Assembly (NCBI GenBank): GCA_000092065.1
Contig: CP000601.1
DNA length: 64,000 nt
Direction: 5' to 3' (one strand)
Origin: Ostreococcus lucimarinus
Taxonomy: Eukaryota
Shown here: piece by piece, positions 1-7,232 of the stretch
Numbering within the stretch: position 1 is the first letter of the stretch
Layout of the letters: the number at the start of each line of letters is the position of its first letter
Translations under genes and position numbers: made by a program
Notes under the pieces: generated by a model
Told to the model about the DNA's origin: nothing
Databases searched by the model: none
What the model saw: the letters and a program-made list of their open reading frames with translations, nothing else

Positions 1-11
1 CGGGGAGTTAC

Positions 12-698
12 TTGTACGACACGTCGATTCCGCTCAAGCTGCCGTCGTTGTCGGAGAGCGTGCGCGTACCGGCGTACGTGGCACACGATTACATGCAGCG
101 CACGATGCGATTGACGGCATTTTCACGGTCGTGGCCGAGCTTGTTTGTCGCCGCGAAGAACACGCGATCGTCCCTGCACGTCGATCAGTGGCAGGGGCAC
201 TTTTTCATGGCCGTGGTGCGCGGCACGAAGCGATGGACCGTCTTCTCGCGCGAATCGCTCGCGTTTTTACGGCCGAGCTGGTCGCGCGGCACGCTCGATC
301 CCGCGATGCCACCGTTGGAGGAACAAGAAGAGATGGGAATGTTACCGCTCCCGCGTGAATTCGGCGCGCGCCGATGGGACGTCGATCTTGGCCCGGGCGA
401 GGTGCTTTTCGTGCCGGGCGGCTCGCCGCACGCCGTTCGAAACCTCGATTGCACGGTGGCGTTCGCGGGAAACTTCGTCGACGACGTCAATCTGGACCGC
501 GTGTTGGAAGATTTAAAGCTCATGGCCGCCAAAGATCCCGCGTTGATGGAGAGCTACCGAGCGCTCGACGAGGTGGATTTCGACGACGAAGGCGCCGCGC
601 TCGCGGCGGGCGACGACGACGTCCACGCGGGCGCGTTCGACGCGAACGCGCGCGTCGTGCGAGTCGCCGATTATCTCGCGGGGGGGCGACTCGTGTGA
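12..698 (+). CDS. JmjC-domain (cupin) hydroxylase/demethylase, C-terminal part; the gene begins upstream of the window
   Basis: Translation contains the JmjC Fe(II) motifs HVD (SSLHVDQWQGHFF) and a second His (VPGGSPHAVRNL) in a cupin-like context; acidic C-terminal tail; GC3-rich codon usage. The ORF runs from the window edge. Confidence 0.6.
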   Translation: MYDTSIPLKLPSLSESVRVPAYVAHDYMQRTMRLTAFSRSWPSLFVAAKNTRSSLHVDQWQGHFFMAVVRGTKRWTVFSRESLAFLRPSWSRGTLDPAMPPLEEQEEMGMLPLPREFGARRWDVDLGPGEVLFVPGGSPHAVRNLDCTVAFAGNFVDDVNLDRVLEDLKLMAAKDPALMESYRALDEVDFDDEGAALAAGDDDVHAGAFDANARVVRVADYLAGGRLV

Positions 699-810
699 TG
701 GGATGGATGTCTCGCGTCGCGTCTCGGAGTTCGGGACGAGGGGTTCGCGGCGTCGTGAAAAAGTGACAAAAAAATCAGGGAAGCCGAGCTCCCCCCATGG
801 GGGTGAATCT

Positions 811-1036
811 CACAGCGATAAATTTTTTAAAGTACTATCCGTCACCCCGAAACGACGAAAGTCACAGTGTTGTCGTGTCGCTTTTCCATCACGGACAATC
901 GGGTGTGGGAAAAAGTAAGGTGTGATGTCGACACATCTCTTCCTGCGGGTTTCGATCCCGCGGCTTCCAGATCTCTATCGGAGCAGCCGTCATATTCGAC
1001 GGAGACTTTTTCCTAACAGTCTGACACTCTACCAGC
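811..1036. repeat. 226-bp dispersed repeat, copy 1 (direct repeat partner of 6746..6971)
   Basis: Aligned by eye to 6746..6971 with 3 mismatches in 226 bp. Contains the palindrome-like core TGTCGACACATCTC (926..939) and a tRNA T-arm-like hairpin GCGGGTTTCGATCCCGC. Confidence 0.9.
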
Positions 1037-1666
1037 AAAATTGTTTACAGAGATACCGCGACGAGATTGAAGCAATACAAGGAACTCGATGGGCACCTGA
1101 TGAACGCCTCCGTGTGGGACGAGTATTTGACCCCAGAGATGCTCAGTCTGTATAATCCCGAAACAGACCAATTCGAGGAGCCCAAGCACTGGCTAAATGG
1201 GAAGCGTGTAGGAATTGCAATACTGGCGGATGATGTAAAATCGAGTCCGTTGCTGTCTAACAAAGCCTGGCGCAACCTGTGTATCAAATGCCGCCACCTT
1301 GGATCCTTCCCTGACAGTTCTCCACCAATAGGGTGCTCGATTTTCTGCGCGAGGTCAAGGACGCCGACGCGACGCTCCCAGACAAGTTGAAAGCCGAGGT
1401 ACCGACCATGCTTCAGAAAGGCGTGCGCGCGTATCTGGATTAAGCTTCACAAGTACCGTGGTGTGGGTAACATCTGGGACATCTTATCGAAATAATTCAT
1501 CGATGTTCGCCAGGAGATCGAGGAACAGGTGCCGTAAATTACGAAGAGCGTTTCGATTTACAATTTATATGATCCTCTAGCTTGAAAAATAGATCTCCGT
1601 CAGTGGCCGTGGGTGTGTTTGCCACAACTTGATTTGATAGTAATTGACATTTTTTTACCGCTCTCA

Positions 1667-3100
1667 TTAGTGCGCGTGTGCGTGTGAGTCTCCGCCACCG
1701 CCACCGCCTGTGCAATGCTTGTGGTTGAGGAGCACGAGACTGATGGCAACAACGCCGACGATGAAGGTGAGAATGCTCGTCGCGCGAAGACGAGGTGAAG
1801 TGGCGCTCACTGATACTCGGGGCATGCACTCTGCGGCGGCGATTTGCAGATAGACTCCAGCACCGAAGGCGAGCAGCAGTCCATGCCAGAAGTCGTTGTT
1901 ATTTCCCGATCCAACACTAATGAGGACGCCAAGAATGACACTCAAGCCGGAAACGAAGTTTAAAGTCAGCGTCGGCAACGGCGCGAGATCGCCCTGGAAG
2001 GGGTCTACGAGCACCAAGTAGTCAGCAAGCTCTTGAGCGATTTCGTGATAGACGGTCGCGGCGGTGATCGACCATCCCATGGTACTGTCGCAGTTCAGAA
2101 AGCCGAAGCCAATGAAAATACCATCCACTAGGTTGTGCATGAAATCTCCAAGAATGATACCACTTCGAACGCGATACTTGTGTGAGTTACAAGTACAAGT
2201 ATCACAGTCATCTTGAGCGCCTTTGACTGCAAGTTCCGCATCGGTTGTCTTCGCTGTATTTCCAAGAGTTGGGAACACGACAGAGATACCAAAGTCGATG
2301 AAGTAGGCCATGAGAAAGCCGAAGATAGAAGCGGAAGCCCACCATGCGGTCTGCTCTGCCTCATCCGAGCCAGCAGGTTTGATTAAATGCGTGGCTTCGT
2401 AGAACATCAGATAAAACGCAGCCGAAAGAAGTGCGCCGGCGGCAAACGAGTTAATTGTGCAACTCACAGTTTCAGGGTACGCTTTCTGCTTCTTAGCGAT
2501 ACTCGGGATGAGAAAGACCACACCAGAAAGTGTGACGATATTGACGATAATTGCCGCCCCAATGGCGTTGGCCCACGGTTTTGATTTCGATTCGCTCACG
2601 GTGGATGCTTCGGGAAGTGAAGCTTTTGGCACCACGTCATCTCCGTGGAGGTCCTTGAGATAGTGCGCGTCGCGCTCGAACTCGGTGGGAACGTGCTCAG
2701 CGAAGATTGAGATCGCGTCGATGCCAGTCGTATTAATCTTAAACGGCGTCGTGTGCCAGGTGTTGTCAAATTCAAGGTTGACACACCCACTATCAGGTGT
2801 CAAAACACTATCTCGTATCTTAGCCGTCGTACAAGCTCCCCCGATTGCGGTATCACCGCTATCCTCGCGGGCTTCGAGCTCGTCGTGTCCGGCGGCGATT
2901 TCGTCGTAGATGACCATTTTCATGGTATCGGCGGCGTACTTATCGGCCACCTTTTGCGCCTGCCACACGTATTCATTCTCTGGCGTCTCAAAGATTCCAG
3001 CCCATTCGAATGCGTGCGCGCCGGACGCGTGCGCGCCGCGCTGCGCGAGCGCGCTCGCGACGATCGCGATGCCACCACCGAGCGCGCTCGCGCAGCGCAT
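1667..3100 (-). CDS. ZIP-family (SLC39/ZRT-IRT-like) zinc/metal transporter
   Basis: ZIP signature in a TM helix (VYHEIAQELADYLVL, matching HExPHExGD), HNLVDG motif, multiple TM helices, N-terminal signal peptide (MRCASALGGGIAIVASALA). ORF 1667..3196 on the minus strand, with the likely start at the internal Met at 3100. Confidence 0.8.
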   Translation of the reverse strand: MRCASALGGGIAIVASALAQRGAHASGAHAFEWAGIFETPENEYVWQAQKVADKYAADTMKMVIYDEIAAGHDELEAREDSGDTAIGGACTTAKIRDSVLTPDSGCVNLEFDNTWHTTPFKINTTGIDAISIFAEHVPTEFERDAHYLKDLHGDDVVPKASLPEASTVSESKSKPWANAIGAAIIVNIVTLSGVVFLIPSIAKKQKAYPETVSCTINSFAAGALLSAAFYLMFYEATHLIKPAGSDEAEQTAWWASASIFGFLMAYFIDFGISVVFPTLGNTAKTTDAELAVKGAQDDCDTCTCNSHKYRVRSGIILGDFMHNLVDGIFIGFGFLNCDSTMGWSITAATVYHEIAQELADYLVLVDPFQGDLAPLPTLTLNFVSGLSVILGVLISVGSGNNNDFWHGLLLAFGAGVYLQIAAAECMPRVSVSATSPRLRATSILTFIVGVVAISLVLLNHKHCTGGGGGGDSHAHAH

Positions 3101-3196
3101 CGTTCGCCCTCGTCGTCGCTCGACCGTCCTCGCACCGCGTGCGCGTTCGCGCGGCGGCATCGTCGTCTTCGTGTTCTTCGTGTTTTCGTTCGTCAT

Positions 3197-3658
3197 CGTT
3201 TCCGTCGTCGTCGTCGTCTTCGCCGGCGTCGGTAAGTGCGGCTGCGCACAAACTAAAGCGGCATACGAACCGAACCGGCGCGATGGAGGGCGGTCGTTTA
3301 TAAGTCACGACTCGCGAACGACAAAATGTCGACATCCGCCGCAGTGTCGACACATCTCGGTGGTACTTGGATATGTCGAAATATGTCGACATGTGCGTCG
3401 AGACGTTTTTCGTATATAGATGCATCACGGGGTTCAATGCGTACACGCGCGTGGGTAAATATGTCGACATGCGTGTCGACATGTTTACGACGCGCGTCGC
3501 GACGCGATCCGTGATGGGCTTCGCGGGGCGTCGCGTACGACGATCCTCGACACGTGCACGACGCGAATCGTCGACACGTGCACGACGCGCGCGCATCGCC
3601 GCACTTCGCGACGCCTCTTCGGCTCGTTCGCGCGCGGAGACGTCGATCGCCGTACATC
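3197..3658. promoter_or_regulatory. Bidirectional promoter between ZIP(-) and COG0523(+) with a repeated palindromic element and two tandem G-box (CACGTG) 21-mers
   Basis: Copies of ATGTCGACAT (or its TGTCGACA core) at 3326-3335, 3344-3355, 3383-3392, 3461-3470 and 3474-3483, plus a half-site at 3371-3380. Tandem repeats TCGACACGTGCACGACGCG at 3547-3565 and 3568-3586. Confidence 0.6.
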
Positions 3659-5299
3659 ATGTCCACACCCGCCGCAATCGCCAATCATAATCGATTGCCG
3701 GTGACAACGCTGTGCGGGTTCCTCGGCGCTGGGAAGACGACAACTCTGAAACGCGTGCTCGAAGCTAAGCGAGACGCGAACGGAAAGTTTCGGTGTGCCG
3801 TCGTCGTGAACGACGTCGCGGAGTTGAACATCGACAAAAAATTAATCGATGATTCCGCTTTGCTGCAGAGCGACGAGGTGGTTGCCATGCAGAACGGATG
3901 CGTGTGCTGTTCGTTGAGCGGAGACTTTGTAAAACAAATCGGGGACATGGCCAAGAGTGGCAATTTTGACTACATGATCGTAGAGGCATCAGGAGTGTCG
4001 GAACCGGCGGAAATTGCGAAACTCTTCGCAAATTGTGAGGACGATCACGATCATGAAGCTGCGCACGTTGATGAGCATGAACATTTGAGCACACTGGCGC
4101 GGCTGGATACGTGCGTGACGGTCATCGCTGCAGGTGACTTTCTCGACATGATTGATTCTTTCAGGGCGTCAGCTGTGAACAGGCAGTCTTACTCTCAATT
4201 GTTGGCTGAACAGATAGAGTACGCGAATGTCGTCGTATTGAACAAGGTCGACACTGTCGATGACGAACAACTCGCCGAGATTAAAGCGCAGATACAACTT
4301 CTCAATTCACGTGCTGATATTCTTGAAGCTGTGAACGGCGCGATCGACGTTACGCGAATCGTCAATACAAAACTTTACAAAGAGAATGACTTTGCTGGTT
4401 TCATAACATGGGAACAAGAGATAGAAGCAACATCTGTGAAGTCATGCTGCGCCGGCGCTAGGGACAAAGGTGAGTCTCCATGCTGTAAGCGAGCTCGCAT
4501 GAGAGAAACAGCCTTAAGCGAGGTCACGCTTGCACCAAGTTCTTCCCAAACACGTCACGATAGTCGGTTCGGTATTACGTCTTTCATTTACCGAGCCAGA
4601 AGACCTTTTCATCCCAAACGGTTTTTAGGCTCATTTGTCGAGCGCTTCTTCAGCTCCCTCGAGGCCGATGACCGTGATGAAGAAAAAGATGAAGAGACAC
4701 CAAGTGTAGACTGGAGTGCAGTGAAAGATATTCGAGCGCGACAAGAAGCGATGAAACTCAAGCGCCGTAAAAGGGAAGGTGAAATTGGTGTGCTGCTACG
4801 TTCGAAGGGTGTAACGTGGCTCAGTGATGCCCACGACTTGATAATTGTTTTCAGTCAGGCTGGTAATATTTACTCTCTCGAAGGATCAAGCCGATGGACC
4901 GCGCTGAATAAAAATGCTTGGGTCGGCTCACAGGGGATAAAGCAAGAACTTCGTAAAGACTGGGAGGGGCCTTATGGTGATCGCCGACAAGAACTGGTGT
5001 TCATTGGCAAGGATCTTAAATACGATGAAATTCAATCAACGTTGGACTCTTGCCTCTTGACCGACGAAGAATTCGAAATGGGTTCTGATGGCTGGAGAGC
5101 AGTCATGGGTGATGTCTTTCTAGACGAAGACGACGAAGACGAAGACGACGAAGTCGATGACGAAGACGACGAAGAAATCGACGAAGATTTGGTCGACGAC
5201 GAGGAGATCGAAGAGGAGATCAGGCCGCAACCCACTTCAAAGTCGAAGGCAAAACCAAAGGCAAAGTCGGCGCCCTCTCAAAACGACGGCTTAGTCTGA
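3659..5299 (+). CDS. COG0523/CobW-family GTPase, ZNG1-like zinc metallochaperone
   Basis: P-loop GFLGAGKTT, the CxCC metal-binding motif (GCVCCS) and a His-rich stretch (EDDHDHEAAHVDEHEH) typical of Zn-linked COG0523; CobW_C-like C-terminus and a poly-acidic tail. The ORF opens at 3554, but the likely ATG is at 3659 (MSTPAAIANHNRLPVTT...). Confidence 0.85.
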   Translation: MSTPAAIANHNRLPVTTLCGFLGAGKTTTLKRVLEAKRDANGKFRCAVVVNDVAELNIDKKLIDDSALLQSDEVVAMQNGCVCCSLSGDFVKQIGDMAKSGNFDYMIVEASGVSEPAEIAKLFANCEDDHDHEAAHVDEHEHLSTLARLDTCVTVIAAGDFLDMIDSFRASAVNRQSYSQLLAEQIEYANVVVLNKVDTVDDEQLAEIKAQIQLLNSRADILEAVNGAIDVTRIVNTKLYKENDFAGFITWEQEIEATSVKSCCAGARDKGESPCCKRARMRETALSEVTLAPSSSQTRHDSRFGITSFIYRARRPFHPKRFLGSFVERFFSSLEADDRDEEKDEETPSVDWSAVKDIRARQEAMKLKRRKREGEIGVLLRSKGVTWLSDAHDLIIVFSQAGNIYSLEGSSRWTALNKNAWVGSQGIKQELRKDWEGPYGDRRQELVFIGKDLKYDEIQSTLDSCLLTDEEFEMGSDGWRAVMGDVFLDEDDEDEDDEVDDEDDEEIDEDLVDDEEIEEEIRPQPTSKSKAKPKAKSAPSQNDGLV

Positions 5300-5399
5300 T
5301 GTCTTTCTAGGTGACACTGAAGCGGAACAGGGTGGAGATGTGGACTCGGGCAACTCTTCCGACATGTAAGCTTGTCCTTTATAGTGAGCCCACACCGAT

Positions 5400-5696
5400 G
5401 TGAGCGCAAGTCATTTTTATGCACACAGTGACATCTTCATCGAATACCAGACGTGGTTGCCAGCGGCTGCGCGCGGTCAAGATAGCGCGACGAAGGTCGG
5501 CAATAAGCTCAAGGACTTCTTCAAGAAGGAAAAGGGCCACAGGGTCCCAATGGAAGAGGACCACCTGAGGCAAGGTAGAGACGAGAAGGGCGTCTATTGG
5601 GAAATTCACCGCGACGGGTGCTTCGAGTGGCTGAAGGACAATGGGTACACAGGGGAGACGGAGCTCGCGCCGGCGGTCGTCTGGTGCTCATACTAA
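5400..5696 (+). CDS. Hypothetical small protein (98 aa) in the lower-GC island
   Basis: Intact ORF with lower GC than its flanks. No recognisable domain. Confidence 0.3.
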   Translation: MSASHFYAHSDIFIEYQTWLPAAARGQDSATKVGNKLKDFFKKEKGHRVPMEEDHLRQGRDEKGVYWEIHRDGCFEWLKDNGYTGETELAPAVVWCSY

Positions 5697-5761
5697 TTTT
5701 GTAATTCGTACATTTGCAATATGAAGACTCAACGAGACACCAAAAAGACCATGGTTTGGAT

Positions 5762-5951
5762 CCTGACGAAATGACGAATGACGAACTGTTTTCATAAAGG
5801 TCCACACTGTTGCTTGTCATAGATCTAAAATAAAAATAAACATTAAAATATTTTAACATTTCGTCATTTTCATCATTGGTACACACAAAGTGTCACCGAA
5901 CGACGGGTTGACGAATTTGTGGACGACAAAACAAGTTCGTCATTTCGTCAG
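5762..5951. repeat. AT-rich segment flanked by 17-bp inverted repeats (CTGACGAAATGACGAAC at 5762-5785, GTTCGTCATTTCGTCAG at 5935-5951)
   Basis: The reverse complement of 5935-5951 equals 5762-5778. The roughly 150 bp between them is strongly AT-rich, in contrast to the roughly 68% GC of the surrounding sequence. Confidence 0.7.
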
Positions 5952-6130
5952 GTCTCGACGGATCACGAACGTCCAGGTGTGAAATCAGGCGGTTCGGTAT
6001 CTACATTCCGGACCTTGCAGCCCACGCAGCGATACGCGTACCTATGGTCTCTCGGATGTGACTGCAAACCGCAGGAGGAGGCACTTTTGGCAACAATATT
6101 TTCTTAGGGATAGATAGGTAACCAGGACAA

Positions 6131-6628
6131 ATGCCGTCGGGATGCGTGTACGAAATGTTTAGCGATAATGCGAAATGTAACAAAACGTACATCGGATCGA
6201 CGACGGGTTCGCTCAGAGCGCGCCTTGCCTCGCATAAATACGCACGACATCCAATCTTCACGTTTGGCGACGCGGACGTGAGAGTTCTCGAAAAGGACAT
6301 TCCAGCTGGAGAGCTCCATCAACGTAAAGGTGCCTACATGAGAGAGAAGCGTGACGGCTTATTCAACTCCCGAGCTGCTGGACGCAGCCAGAAACACGCG
6401 TGCCGCGAGAACGTGGACGAGAGTCCAGCCTACAGCAGAGCTCAATATACGCCGAAGCGGGACGGCGGCGATGGTAACTACAGACAACTCAATTATTACA
6501 AGCAGCACGCAAAAGGAATACTGCGCAAGACGTGCCTCAAGAATGCCCGAGCGCGCGGCACGCTGCCTTCGAAGCGCAGTCTCGACAAGTATCAATTTAC
6601 GGTAGATGAGTTACGCGGCTTGGCTTGA
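6131..6628 (+). CDS. GIY-YIG-like nuclease-domain protein (small, 165 aa)
   Basis: N-terminal GCVYEMF (GIY-like) followed by YIGSTTGSLRARLASH (YIG, conserved Arg, His) and a downstream Glu. GC is about 52%, well below the window average. Sits immediately upstream of repeat copy 2. Confidence 0.55.
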   Translation: MPSGCVYEMFSDNAKCNKTYIGSTTGSLRARLASHKYARHPIFTFGDADVRVLEKDIPAGELHQRKGAYMREKRDGLFNSRAAGRSQKHACRENVDESPAYSRAQYTPKRDGGDGNYRQLNYYKQHAKGILRKTCLKNARARGTLPSKRSLDKYQFTVDELRGLA

Positions 6629-6745
6629 CCACTTCACTCACACGATTGGTTCTGGAGAAATCTTACATGCGGTACATCAACGTCGATGTGCGGTTTTATC
6701 ATGTTGGGGTGCCCCAACTCAAAAAAAAAGTTTATTTTTATTACT

Positions 6746-6971
6746 CATAGCGATAAATTTTTTAAAGTACTATCCGTCACCCCGAAACGACGAAAGTCAC
6801 AGTGTTGTCGTGTCGCTTTTCCATCACGGACAATCGGGTATGGGAAAAAGTAAGGTTTGATGTCGACACATCTCTTCCTGCGGGTTTCGATCCCGCGGCT
6901 TCCAGATCTCTATCGGAGCAGCCGTCATATTCGACGGAGACTTTTTCCTAACAGTCTGACACTCTACCAGC
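6746..6971. repeat. 226-bp dispersed repeat, copy 2
   Basis: 98.7% identical to 811..1036 in the same orientation. Preceded by an A9 run (6721-6729). Confidence 0.9.
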
Positions 6972-7232
6972 TGAGTTAAGGAAGACTGTTTATGCATACG
7001 CACAACATCGCGGACATTCGACTGCCCATGCTCTTTATTTCGAGGCTTAACTCGGCGAGGTGGACGAATAATTGGTATTATACGTCGCTCGATGGTGGGT
7101 TTGCGACAGATCTTCGCGGCTTGACGCCGTCGATCCGCGATCGCGAATGTTACAGGTTGAGGGCTCGGGCGAGGACGTCGGTGGTTTTCGCGCGTTCGTT
7201 CGTTCGTCGTCACTCCGCGGTCGAATCCATCG

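Noticed and set aside
890-960. tRNA gene or tRNA-derived SINE inside the 226-bp repeat (GCGGG-TTTCGAT-CCCGC resembles a T-arm followed by a 7-nt acceptor-like GGCTTCC-A)
   Set aside because: No complementary 5' acceptor strand exists about 65 nt upstream, and no anticodon arm with a 7-nt loop can be formed. The upstream hairpin is GATGT-CGAC-ACATC, with a 4-nt loop. The T-loop also has an extra T relative to GTTCGA. At most it is a degenerate tRNA-like fragment, so no tRNA is called.
3540-3590. CRISPR-like or prokaryotic regulatory repeat (tandem TCGACACGTGCACGACGCG)
   Set aside because: There are only two adjacent copies with no spacers, in a clearly eukaryotic intron-containing nuclear context. 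It is interpreted as a promoter tandem element instead.
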